From Octopus sinensis (taxonomy: Eukaryota): a DNA stretch of 64,000 nt. Within the stretch, counting starts at the first letter, position 1; each line of letters begins with the position of its first letter. The notes beneath the pieces are model-generated. The model was not told the origin of the DNA. It saw nothing but the letters and a program-made list of their open reading frames with translations, and made no database searches. The DNA is taken from contig NC_043000.1 of the NCBI RefSeq assembly GCF_006345805.1, positions 127,348,001-127,412,000 of the forward strand. Direction: 5' to 3'. Made by a program: the position numbers and the translations under genes. Below, piece after piece: positions 12,579 to 25,117 of this stretch.

Positions 12579-12730
12579 TTCATTATTATTATTATTATTT
12601 TCATTATTATTATTATTATTTTCATTATTATTTTCATTATTATTATTATTATTATTTTCATTATTATTATTATTTTCATTATTATTATTATTATTATTTT
12701 CATTATTATTATTATTATTATTATTTTATT
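12538..12730. repeat. (TTA)n array with periodic TTTTCA interruptions
   Basis: Read directly: seven TTTTCA interruptions separated by 2-6 TTA units. Confidence 0.95.
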
Positions 12731-12868
12731 ATTCTTAAGTTCGACTACCACTGAGGTCAAATGCCATTCATCTTTCCAAGGTCAACAAAATAAAGCAACA
12801 CTCAAGTACTGACTCAATCGTTATTATTATTATTATCATTATTATTGTTGTTATTATTATTATTATTC

Positions 12869-13335
12869 CAATAACAAGTGAAATTATTCTTATTTTATTA
12901 TTACATACTGTTATATAATATACAACAAAGTGTAGCTCAGAATATCTTGGGTGTGACCACTGCTTTATTTTTCTCCTTTTGTATTTTTTCTATTGTATTT
13001 AAAGTACAGTATACAGTATTAATCTCTGTATGCTGTGTAAGACACAGAGTTCTGGTTATGTATTCACTTGAATCTCTTTATAATCTTTCTCAAGCTACCA
13101 ATTACTATGGATGATAGTTTTATGTTTGAAATCCCTCCATTGTAGACATCACTATTTCCATATCTTTAATTGAAATAATTTCACCAATATTATTTTGGGA
13201 TACATTGTCTGTTGGAATGGATATATCGGTTAGAAGACATTCTTTTTGTTGATTGTCTTCATCACTAATACCCGGACAAGTTGTTTTAATCTACCTGTCT
13301 TTGTTAACCAGCATGTTCTGCAATATATTCCAAAA
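12869..13335 (-). mobile_element. Highly decayed Dong/R4-like RLE 3' end
   Basis: ILEY/ILWN..., KECLLTDISIPTDNV, KDMEIV recognisable across frameshifts; ends in an (AAT)n tract at about 12868. Confidence 0.55.
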
Positions 13336-13344
13336 TAATCTATA

Positions 13345-13880
13345 GAGGTCAGAACTGAGAAAACATCACAAATGTATGTGCAGCTGTGAGGGGAAATCAT
13401 TGAATTGCCATCAATGAGTTATCAGAGAATGTCCAGATTAGTTACATTTCAGTTCAGTCCATTATCATTGAAGATTTGGGTATGAGATGTGTGTCTGCCA
13501 AGTTTGTGCCAAAACTACTTACAGCTGACCAAAAAGACACAGGGCTTTCAGCTGGACAAGATCTTCTTGATTGTGTCAAGAACGATGAAAAGTTTTTGAA
13601 AACTTTGTATAAGCCTCTGAGCAGGTATCACCAAGCTTTTAGCAAAATTTGATGCAGATTCTCTGCTCAACTTCCTCTGTCGTGGACAATGTGATGATCA
13701 TACGCTACACATGCTCCTTCAAAGCACTATTGTAAACAGCAGAAGTGAGCTAGAACGTTTAAACTTTGTACACATGCACAGCAGAGTTCATAGTCACAAT
13801 GTGTCAAGCAGCTTCACTCTGCGTGCTTTAGTTACATTACTATGGCAACAATCCAGATACTTCTTGATCAGACCACATAT
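13345..13880 (+). mobile_element. Mariner transposon deletion derivative
   Basis: INELSENVQISYISVQSIIIEDLGMRCVSAKFVPKLLTADQKD...DLLDCVKNDEKFLK, followed by the terminal CAATCCAGATACTTCTTGATCAGACCAC|ATA. Confidence 0.75.
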
Positions 13881-14558
13881 ATATAAAAGATACAAGGAGT
13901 TTTCGCGAGGGTGACTCAAACTAATAGGTATAAACTCTGAGTGCTCAAGTAGGTATGCCATTAAAATTCTGATTTGAACTGCACTTGAAGTTGTGGTTTT
14001 GTGACTGCTTTATTCAAAGTGGCTGGAATTGGTTTCCCCTTGGGTTGGTATGTATAGGTTAAAGTAGAAAGGAAAGAAAACCAATTTGGCAAGACTTGAC
14101 AGGGATATTTAATTTAATTTAGCTGTATAATGAATATCGAGGTCTAATGAAAGATATTTATATATATATATATATAATATAATATAATATAATATAATAT
14201 AATATAATATAATAAATGCGAAAACTAATTTCTGTGTGTCACACTTAGACCTCCTCTCTCACTATTCAATGACACTCCTACTATTCTTTATGATGGGGTG
14301 AATGTAATAGCAGGCATAGAGATCGTGAGGGCAGTGGCAAAGACAGAGAGAGAGAGAGAGAGAGAAGGAAAAAAAGAGAGGGAGTAAAAGAGAGAGACAA
14401 ATAAATTTTGGAAGAGTTGATGTTTGATTAAAAGTAGTAGTGTTGATGGTGGCAGTGGGGGTGAACACTCATTTTTGTTTTATTTTTTGCTTTCAATACA
14501 CACACACACACATATAAAATACGCTTTAATTGAAATAAAGTTTCCCCAAAATTAAACA

Positions 14559-15386
14559 AATCTAATATAATAAATGTGAACACTTATAAGTGTGTCACAC
14601 TTATTCAACTTCAATAAATCCTTTCTACCGGAATCACTAGGCCTCAAACTTTGGAGGAAGGGATTAAGTCGATTACATCGACCCCAGTACGTAGCTGGTA
14701 GTAACTTTATCGCCCAAGAAAGTCTGGAAGGCAAAGCTGACCACAGAAGAATTCAAACTCAAAGCTTAACAGTAGACAATATACCGCTAGGCATTTCGCC
14801 TGATGGGCTAACAATTTTTGCCAGCTCGCCACCTTACTATAATATAATTATAGTAAATGTGAATGATAGTGTGTCACACTTTTTCAACTTTACCCCTAGA
14901 GGCCATAGCCCGACATATCATATCATTTTGGAATCAGGCTGACACTCCATGAGTATATTAAAAACATTCCAGGCTGAATCCGGACCCGCAATTGTGAAAT
15001 TTTGGATTCCCAAGTTTACATTATTGTAATTGTTTTTGGTGATTTTTTTTATGTGACTTTTTGTGACAAATGTTTTGTATGATAACAATTTTTATAATCT
15101 AAAGGCTAACTCTGTGAATAAATTAAAAACATTCTGGGCTGAATCCGGACCCACAATCCTGAAATTTTGGATTCCTATGTTTTCACTATTGAGATTGTTT
15201 TCAGCGATTTTTTTTACATGATTTTTTGCAACAAATATGATCATCATTAGCATATAACTCTGGAGGAAGCAATTGCAACACATTCTCCAAAACAAGTCTG
15301 TTTGCAGATTTTCCTATTTGGGGTCAGATGCTTAAAAGCAATGCACTAACTTAAAAGCTGCCCTATCGTGCAGCTTTTAAGTTAGT
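14559..15386 (+). mobile_element. Putative non-autonomous Helitron-like element with a SINE inserted
   Basis: Starts TCTAATATAATAAATG; contains a 165-bp tandem duplication (14958/15123); ends in a perfect 17-bp hairpin (15345-15386) finishing GTTAGT, close to CTAG-T. Confidence 0.5.
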
Positions 15387-15475
15387 ATACTCACACACAC
15401 ACATGTGTATATGCATACAAGGATATATTTTTTATTGACAAATGTCATTGACACACATGCAGATGATGTATGTAC

Positions 15476-15510
<35 letters not shown>

Positions 15511-16643
15511 TTATAGATATATGTGTTTGTGCGAATGTTTTTGTACAATTTTGAACCATATTTTATATAGTGTTCAAAATTATAAAAAAAAAACATACAT
15601 ACACACACTAACACACATTTTATACATATATACATTTTTATACATATACACACACATATATATATATAATGCACACACACACACACACACAAATATATAT
15701 ATATATATATACAAATTGAGATAGGGGTTTCAAATTCAACCCTCCATGGGATAACATATATCCAATATAGTAGTGGTTCAATAAAGTATGTGATTGGGTA
15801 TCATCTGGTAGTTGATGAATGATTTAGATGTATTTCTCCATTTTCTTATTTTGTATATATATATATATATATATTCATGTACATATATCATCATATACAT
15901 GTGTGCTATTGACACCTGTCAATAGGAATGTGATATCCTTGTATTATTTATACAATGTAATATATATGTGTGTGTGTGTGTGTGTGTGTATTCCCAAATA
16001 GTTAGAGAGGAAGAAAAAGTTTTTTAACTGCTCTCCTTTCTCTCTTTATATATCTCTCCCTATATATGTGTGTGTGTGCATTTTCATTACAACACAAGCC
16101 ACAATGAAGGAATGCTGAAGTGTTACACACAATAAGCAGGAAATATAACAGAGAATTCAAACTAGTCTCAACACACCTACGCAGGCAGCAACTAAACCAT
16201 ATGGTTTACTATGCAATACTACTTCACTGAACAGTAGTATTATGTTGTCAATCTTCTACAACAGATTTGGATTTAATAAAACAAGTATGAAACATATAAA
16301 GGAGATCATTCATTTGACTGTAACACATCTTTACAAATGTCTGTCTGCTCTGATAAAAGAAACCCTTGTTAAACTATACAAAATTTACAATATCCACAAT
16401 AAATATTTTACTATAAATGCAGACATCACTGTTAGAGCTGTGTGAGCTGTGATGGGTGTGTAGTTAAAAGGTTTGCTTCACTGCATTTTTTTTCCTTTTT
16501 AGTGGGAGGATTTCATCCTGTTATTTGGCACTATTGGACAAGTTTCTTCTACTATAACCATGGAGTGATTCATACCTTGTCAATGGAATTGAACTTGGTA
16601 CACAGAAGCTGGTGAAAGGACACAATATGCACACACACACACA

Positions 16644-16683
<40 letters not shown>

Positions 16684-16787
16684 AGATATATATATATATA
16701 GAGAGAGAGAGAGATAAATAGATAGACATAGAGAGATAGATAGATATGTACATGCATGTACATCAATATTTAAACACATACACTCAT

Positions 16788-16835
<48 letters not shown>

Positions 16836-17503
16836 TGTGTGTGTGTGTATGTGTGTGTGTGTGAATGTGTGTTTACCACAACAATATTGAGTGTAAATAG
16901 TGTTGTGTCAAAAAAGTAACTTAACTTAAAAACAAATAGAAATGGATGAAAGAAGAACCATAATAAAATATGTTCTGTGGGGTGGGGCTGATATAATTGA
17001 CTAAAATCCTTGGAAATGGTGGGCCCACCAAGGTCACACAGTACAAGAAGTGAAACTAACTAAAGAATAAAAGAATATGGCTCATCTTCCCACAAACAAC
17101 TTTGTCTGACTTTTTGAATTCAATATCTCTACCACACAAAAAATTATGTCATGCTCAGAATTGTTAAAACGTGGAATAAATTTCCTACATCAGGTTTAGT
17201 TGTCAAGATACCAAATCCTTTAAAATTTCCTGAAATTTACCAAAACTAATCCTGATGTGCTGATGTACCCTTTTCTCTTAATAGATCTTTCATCCTTTTA
17301 CTCTTTCACTTGCTTCAGTCATTTGACTGTGACCATGCTGGAGCAATGCCCTGAAGGGTTTTAGTCAAATGAATTGATCCCGGGACATTTTTTTTAAAGC
17401 CTAGTACTTATTTTATCGGACTCCGTTGCTGAACTGCTAAGTTACAGGGACATAAACACACTAACAGCGGTGATGGGGGGGACAAACACAGACATAATGA
17501 CAA

Positions 17504-17554
<51 letters not shown>

Positions 17555-20404
17555 ACAGGCTTCTTTCAGTTTCCATCTACCAAATCCACTCTCAAGGCTT
17601 TTGGTTGGCCCAAAGATATATTAGAAGACACTTACCCAAAGTGCTACACAGTGGGACTGAACCCAAAACCATGTGGTTGGGAAGCAAGCTTCTTACCACA
17701 GAGTCACTGTCCACTTTTCTTTCTTGTGTTTTATCCTGTGTACTACGCACGCACTTTTAGCTTTCATTGCTTTCTTCCTTTACAAGATTTATTGCTTCTT
17801 TCTGTCCCTTTTAAATCTCTTTTTGCAATGAGTTGTAGCCCACCTGAGTCTTTGTTATTACAACATAGTATACAATGCTACATTGCACTTTGTCCAGTCA
17901 TACTATCTAAAGTCATATTTGCAGTGTTAGAAACAAAGCAGAGATATTTTAATTATATGCTAGATAAAGCACGTTTGACATCTCAACAAATACTAAATCT
18001 TACTAAATTAATACACTGGAATTCAGCAGGATGATGCAATTTACTGAATGTCCAATATTAGTTGCTGGAGAAGTCATAAATCTTTATCAAAATGCATGAT
18101 GGCTGACATAAGAACAGAATATCACTATCTGAGATGGTGAAATGGTAGTTATCAAAGTGTTGGATTGAATGTCTTGTGGCATTTGTATCAGTTCATGGCA
18201 CTTTACGGTATAACTATAGATTGGTACCCCATATCATCATCACCACCACCACCACAACTTTTTACCTCATAACATTCACAAAGATGTATACTTTTTAATA
18301 ACATTTTGTAGAGCTATGTTTTCAGGAGTGTAGATTACAATTTCCATCATCTTTTAGCATCCATTCTTCCATGCTTTCATGGGTCAGATGGAATTTACTG
18401 AGACAGATTTTCTACAGTTAGATGCCCTTCCTGTTGCTAACCCTCACTTATTTCCAAGCAAAGCAATATTTTCCTATAGAAACAAACAACATCACTTACA
18501 TGACAGTGGTACACATCTACAATCATCACATGATGTCAAGACAAGAATGTACATACACAGAGTGGGCTTCTTTCAATTTTTTCTACTCAATCCACTCACA
18601 AAGCTTTGTTAAGTCCAGGGCTACAGCAGAAGCCATTTGCCCAAGATGCTGTGATTTGAGACTGAACTCAAGACTACATGGTTTGAAAGCAAAGTTCTTA
18701 GCTACACAGCCACAGCTACACTATAACCAAACTGATAAGATTTAAGGAAAAAAAAATGATTTGGGGTGGAATTTTATCTTCTCCCACCAACTTTACTGTC
18801 ACTAAGTTTTGTAATTTTAATATCTGTTGCTTTTTTTTCGAGGTTTATGTTTGAAGAATCAATAGTCTACACTTGCAAAAATATATTTCTGAAAAATATC
18901 ATTTGAAAATATGCATTTTATAGAGTTGTGAGGAAACAAAGTCAGGAGGGGGTAAACATGATTCAAAACTTTAATGTTTTCGACATATCTGTCATCTACA
19001 TCCTCAAACATATATCTCTACAAAATTTCATTAGAAAATATTTAGTTTTCAGAATGTTACGAGGCAACATTTTCAGCAGGGTAGGGGTACCAAACTGTAG
19101 TTATGCCCATGTCATCATCGTCATCTAGTGCCTGTTATCCATGCTCTAAGCTGGAAGGGCTGCATCAGGTTCCAATCCAATTTGGCATGGTCTCTACAGC
19201 TGGACGCCCTTCCTAACGACAACCACTCCAAGGGTGTAATGGGTACATTTTATGTGCCACTGGCAAGGGGACCACTTCCATGACACCAGCATCGGCCATG
19301 ACTAGGATTTCACTTGGCTTGACAGGTTTTTTCAAGCACAGCATATCACCATAGGTCTTGGTCGCTTATCATTGCCTCTGTGAGGCCCAATGTTCGAAGA
19401 ATGCATTTTACGTGCCACCGGCACAGGTGCCACTTATGTGATGCCAGCATCAGCCATGACTACAATTTCACTTGGCTTCAAATCCTGTACAAGACTGACC
19501 CTTTTGTGGTCAATAAATAAAATACCAGTCCAGTGATATGGGTTATAGGTTGGTGGAACTGTTGGAGTATCAAGTTAGACGGTTCATACTACTGAAAGGA
19601 CATATTTAATTATACAGTCTAAAATATAAAAAGATGGAATGGTCATGGGCAGAGTGATTTTGATCATAATTCTACTCTATCAGGGTTCACCTATCAGGTT
19701 CCATTATGTTTCATGGATAGTTGTTAAAAATATATCTCACTATAAAACTGTTACTCCCACAATATGTAAATATTAATTTTGTAAGAAAGCCAACCCACCT
19801 ACATTAATGTGAGAAAATGGTTATGAAATAAATAAATAATAGATCAGGAAAAAAAAAATCATTAACAGCTTGCATACATACATTTGTACTCTCACAAGCA
19901 AAATTCTAAAGAGATGTGTTGTATGCATGAACACACACAAAACATATAATGTAGTAGCTCATTTTAATTGATTTCTTACATAGGCACAAGGCCTTGGATT
20001 TGGGTGGGGAAGGGTATAAATCAATTATATCGACCCCAGTATTTGAGATAATTGTCTAACCCATCCCCACAAGTATCTGGCCCCTTGCCTATGCTAGAAA
20101 TTATAGATTTTTTTTTCTAATTAGCTACTAAACATGTAAAAGCTGAACAAACTAATGAATCATGAGCAACATTCAACATTTGTATCACTGTACTGTGTGT
20201 GTGTGTCCCTTTCCCATTTAATAAAGCAACTTGACTATGCAGGCAATCCTATTATAGTTTTTGAATTTTCTTCATGCATGGTGTTTTTGATCTATAATGT
20301 TGATATACTTGTTTTTCTTCTGTCCACTTTTTATCATTCGCTCCTGCCCCAATATTCCAGCTGTGACCATCTTTTGTTGTGTTTTTTTTCTGACGTATTA
20401 CTTT

Positions 20405-20760
20405 TAGAAAAAGCTTGCTAGTACCAGGAGCTAGTAGAACGGTATAGACACCAAAGCTAGTGAGTTTGCTGCTAGCCAGCTGAAGTGCCCTGCTGGAGGC
20501 TCATGGAGCAATCCCTCAATAAAATTCTGACTAGACTTGGAGTTACAGGTACAAGATGAATGCAGGAGCCATGCATTCCATCACTGAAGCCAAAGAGAAA
20601 GCTACTACATGATTCTGAATATAAAGGATAGATCTTGGTTTGTTGCAGCCTGGACTTACCAACTTTGGTTGCTCAACTGGGTGACGGGATCCGATGTTGA
20701 AGAGACCCAAAAACCACTCTAACCCATAAAAAACATCAGTGGTGATGCATTCTAGGTCAC
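20405..20760 (+). mobile_element. Decayed 3' end of a HERO-like RLE non-LTR retrotransposon
   Basis: KKLA/YQELVERYRHQS**VCC*PAEVPC...QSLNKILTRLGVTG...MHSITEAKEKAT resembles the HERO C-terminus as recalled (KYQELVEECR..GW....PIEVGCRG..GQSL...LGITG...ITEAAEKAS). The UTR GATGTTGAAGAGACCCAAAAACCAC...ACATCAGTGGTGATG also fits. Not searched. Confidence 0.65.
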
Positions 20761-20839
20761 CCATGAAACCTAATAATAACTGAGCTTTCCAACATGTTTA
20801 TTTATCTCTCTTTTGAAGTAAATAGAATTATGAACCTTC

Positions 20840-20957
20840 TATATTGACTATAGAAAATAGTCTAATATTAGGACATATTAGCCCCTGTAGTGGAAAAAAA
20901 AAATGAACAATTGGGCTTATATGCCCTAATATAAGACTACTTTTTAAAGTCAATATA
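20840..20957. mobile_element. 118-bp hairpin MITE-like element
   Basis: 45-bp inverted arms (20840-84 and 20913-57) pair 39 of 45; TA at both ends. Confidence 0.7.
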
Positions 20958-21984
20958 TAGTGAGAGCTCATAATTCTATTTAGAAAATTTCACTCACTGC
21001 CATTTCCAAATTCATGCAAAATTTGCACACGAGTAGAAAGTAATTTGAGAGAGATTTGCTGATAAAGCTACCAGATCAACTGAACCACATTGTGACTTCC
21101 TTTCTGTTTAACAACACTCCCAAAAGATACATGCACAAGACTGCAGGACATTCCTACAATACTATCCTAAAACCACTTCCAGTTAACCTTAAACAAACTG
21201 AAAATACACACACACCCACATAAATAATAACAATAACTTTGTGGCCAACAAATACTCTACTGAGAAATCCACCACCAATGCTAAGTACTAAGGAACAAAT
21301 ATCATACGCCAGCCAAGTGCACAGTACCTGTGTCTCAAAATATGTAGCCATTCGAGCTGCTAGAAATAGCAGCCAAATTTCTTTCAAATACATTGTACCA
21401 TTTTAAATAAGATAACGAATAAAGATTATAATAATAATAATGACAATCTTTTCTACTAAAGGTACACAACCTGAAATTTTGGGGAAGGGGCTATTTGATT
21501 ACAGCAACCCCAGTGCTCAGCTGGTACTTATTCCATTGACTGCTAAAAAGATGAAATGCAAAGTCAACCTCAGCAGAATTTGAATACAGAACATAAAGGA
21601 CAAAATGCCACTAATCATTTTATTCAGTATCCTGACAACTCTGTCAGTTTACCACCTTAATAATAATAATGGTTTCAAATTTTACCTATCCTAACAAACT
21701 AAATATTCACAACTATCATTCGTTTTTACCCCTTAACAACAGCAACTATCTACTCTTATCTTCCCCGCTCCTTTTCTTCACTCCTAACAACCTTACACAA
21801 TTCCCATTCCTAAATATCTGATCACATCCTCTTTTTCTTACTGTTTGACTCTTTTATTTCTTCAAACATTTGTTTCGGTATTCTGTTCTTCTGGTTTCAC
21901 CATTCATTTCTACTCAAATCTATAGTGAGCTAAATTGGGGATTTCAAGCAATGATGTAACCTTCATGTAATTTAAGGCATTCTT

Positions 21985-22069
21985 AGCCTGATGATTAGTT
22001 AAGTTGAGTACTCCTCATTGAGTAATTATTACATCAGAGGATTAGCTAGCTAAGAAACATATGTAGCCT
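21985..22069 (+). ncRNA. Type I hammerhead ribozyme motif with long stem II
   Basis: CTGATGA (21988-94); stem II TTAGTTA/TAGCTAA extended by TCCTC/GAGGA; GAAA (22054-57); perfect palindrome ACATATGT; GUA triplet. Stem I has only 2 bp (GC/GC). Confidence 0.7.
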
Positions 22070-22238
22070 GGATTTTACCCCTTCCATTCCCTGAATTTGG
22101 ATTCTTATTTGCATTCATAGCAACTCTGGTTACAAGCTGTGAGCTACACAAAAACTTTCAGCTTACAAACTTCCCTCACTTGGATCCTTAGATCTTACCC
22201 TTATACATACATACATAAATGCATGCATACATACATAT

Positions 22239-22271
<33 letters not shown>

Positions 22272-22742
22272 TATATCTTTTATCTTTTACTTATTTCAGT
22301 CATTTGACTGTGGCCATGCTGGGGCACCACCTTAAAAGGGTTATCTGAGGCGTGGTTATTGCTAGTTGAAATTGACCCGAGGACTTATTTTTTTAAGCCC
22401 AGTACTTACTCTATCAGTCTCTTTTGTCAAACCACTAAGTTACAGGGACATAAACACACCAACACCGATCGTCAAGTGGTGGTGGGGGTACAAACACAAG
22501 TACAAAGGCATATACACATAGATATATATGCATATACAACGGGCTTCTTTCAGTTTCCATCTACCAAATCTACTTACAAGGCTTTGGTTGGCCCAAGGCT
22601 ACAGTAGAAGACACGTGTGCAAGGTGATCACACAGTGAGACTGAACCCAGAACCATGTGTTTGGAAATCAAGTTTCTTACCACACAGCTATGCCTGTGAC
22701 AATATATATATATACATATATATATATAATATATATATATAT

Positions 22743-23004
22743 ATAAATTATTAGAGAGTTATCCACTATGTGGATAACTCTAGTGCTAAAAATAGCTCCG
22801 AAGCAACCACAGAAGATCCGTTTCCAACTAGAATCAACACACATTTAACTGAAGGAAAGTGAAATACAACGATATTCGTTGTATTTCACTTTCCTTCAGT
22901 TAAATGTGTGTTGATTCTAGTTGGAAACGGATCTTCTGTGGTTGCTTCGGAGCTATTTTAGCACTAGAGTTATCCACATAGTGGATAACTCTCTAATAAT
23001 TTAT
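22743..23004. repeat. 262-bp near-perfect palindrome (inverted copies of one repeat family; right arm continues to about 23110)
   Basis: Arms 22743-22872 and 22876-23004 are identical except for one A/T-run indel; the loop is TAT. (TA)n on both sides. A diverged single copy of the right arm lies at about 41900-42050. Confidence 0.95.
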
Positions 23005-23121
23005 GTATAAATTTGTATTTCCTCCGTAGTTTTTTGTGCTAAGCCACTTGGTGTTAAATTGACGGTATTATTAAATTAATATCGATTTTTCACCCTCATT
23101 TATAATAATTATATATATATA

Positions 23122-23161
<40 letters not shown>

Positions 23162-23567
23162 AGAGAGATAGTACTAGATCTGTTAGTTACAATGGCTAGT
23201 TCAACTTACTATAAATGTATTAGTTGCTTAACTGACAATCAGAAAGCAACTATGGGCTCATTAAACCTGTAAGAAATAGCAGCTAAATATCTCACTCAAA
23301 TCACATCCTACCATCTTAAAAAAAGAAGGCCTTATTAGATAATGCAGTCTTAGATATTCCCCTAAAGATAAGATGGCTGTGACTGAAATATCTTTGATCA
23401 TAGGTCTTCTGGATCAGGGCAGATCACCCGTGGCAAAGCAATAACAACTGATTAACAATGTGCCAAAGATAAGTCAGAATGATCAGTGCTGATTGGGTTA
23501 GAGAACAGCAATTACAAATACTAAAATATTTATGAGACTCACGGGAGAAAAACCAGATGATCCTTAC

Positions 23568-23708
23568 CTTTTTCACTTCTAGGTCTTTTTGTGCCAGGTC
23601 ATGGCCACCACCAACCGGTTCCTTTTCAAGTTCCATTTCTGCTTTGCTTAAGTTTTCCAAAACTTGAAATTTCTGTTCCTCATAGTACTTCCAGTCATGA
23701 GCAGTTTT
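23568..23708 (-). CDS. Internal coding exon (141 bp, phase 0/0), nesprin-like spectrin repeat
   Basis: tttttcaccag|AAA ACT GCT ... AAA AAG|gtaagg. Peptide KTAHDWKYYEEQKFQVLENLSKAEMELEKEPVGGGHDLAQKDLEVKK continues the upstream exon in frame as a spectrin helix C-to-A junction. Confidence 0.85.
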
Positions 23709-24319
23709 CTGGTGAAAAACATTAACAAAAAACGTAAGTATGAATCTATCACAATCATAACATAATATTTTGGTTGAACTTTGCTTTCACCAAACAACAA
23801 AAGAGTTTGTTCAACAGCTGTTGTCATTATGATAACAAAGAATTACAACAGGTAAGTTAAGTGGTGTTATTACCCCAATACTTACCTCTCTTTATGCATA
23901 CATTGTAAACATACATACAAACATTGGGACAGATATACACATACATTCAAATATACATTACAAGAATTTTGGAAATTATTGGATTCACATTTGAAAAAGA
24001 GAAATTTAGTTAATGCCATGAAAAAATGCATCTGGGACACTCGGTAACGTAGTTGGCAATTATATAAAGACAACAAAGGCAGAGAGTAATTTTCAGACAA
24101 GAACCTCTTACATGCTAGTAGCAGGGTATAATGCACCCAGTACACTCTGTAAAATGATAGGTAAATGAATGAAAGTATATGGAATATAGAGGACCATATA
24201 TCAAGGACAGGGCAGACTCTTTAATGAGAGAATGCAATCACTGCATTCTATAAAATGGTCAATGTCAAGAAGGCCATCCAACTATAGAAATCATACCGAA
24301 AATGGAATATACAAATGAG

Positions 24320-24511
24320 AAGTATTCTTGCAACTTTGTTGCTATTGATAGTGTTGTCTATTCTGCACTTCATATAGTCAGTCCTTAACGCTTGTTCCTG
24401 AGCTGCGTATATGAGTGTTTCTGTCTCTATCATCAGGTCACTCTTCCTCATCCATAGCCACTGGTCCTTTGTATCTGTCTTGGTGTGCACATCTCTTGCA
24501 AACTGATTGTA

Positions 24512-24512
<1 letters not shown>
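24320..24512 (-). mobile_element. Dong/R4-like RT-to-knuckle internal fragment
   Basis: YNQFARD...QWLWMRKSDLMIETETLIYAAQEQALRTDYMKCRID; abuts (TAA)n at 24513. Confidence 0.75.
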
Positions 24513-24544
<32 letters not shown>

Positions 24545-24560
24545 CATCATTATTATTATT

Positions 24561-25117
24561 GAGTCAGAGAGCAGAGCATGCCATCAAAGTAACACTAGGG
24601 TAAAATATACTAAGCCCAGTATATCCATCGTGACTACCTGTCTGATAGGGGTACACTAGGCACATGCATCACAACCATATGTGCGCAACATGGTGATCTC
24701 ATATCAAGATAAACAGCACATGACCTTGCAGGTTGGACCCAGTTAGAATTTTTCTTCTGGTCGAGTAACCCATCCTGCTCAAAAGGTTCCTGAATAAGGG
24801 TTGTTTAAGGATTTTGAACTAAACACCTATGTTTCCAGAGGTGAATTATCCAAACCCCAAAGAATCCCCCTCAACATATGGCTATGATGCTCCCCCACTA
24901 CTTCTGCTTGTGATCAGAGATGCACATATTGTCAGCCACTAAGGGACATGGTCAACTGGTTACGGTCAAACAACTGACAAGCAAATCTGTGGTATTGAGC
25001 AGAATATTTGTTGTAGCCCATCTTTTATAGCATGACAAAACAATGTACATGATAACACTTCCAATCAGTTAAGATCAGAAGCCACAAAAGCCACTGCCTG
25101 GTACTGCATCAGGGCAT
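24561..25117 (-). mobile_element. Unclassified 557-bp non-coding interspersed element, full-length copy in (TAA)n
   Basis: Homologous to 12188-12537, 47433-47717 and 54454-54998. Ends are ATGCCCTGATGCAG... and ...CTCTCTGACTC+(AAT)n on the minus strand. Strand is inferred from which end is retained. Confidence 0.8.

Noticed and set aside
12374-12812. Poly-I/L/Y ORFs (also 25500-25845, 24415-24603, 44369-44605)
   Set aside because: They are translations of (TTA)n microsatellites.
15906-15925. Perfect CTATTGACA-CC-TGTCAATAG palindrome
   Set aside because: Isolated and short, with no ribozyme core or element context.
23734-23888. Three perfect GTAAGT donors (two plus, one minus) near the exon
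   Set aside because: No matching acceptors or coding signal, and the hexamer can occur by chance in AT-rich DNA.
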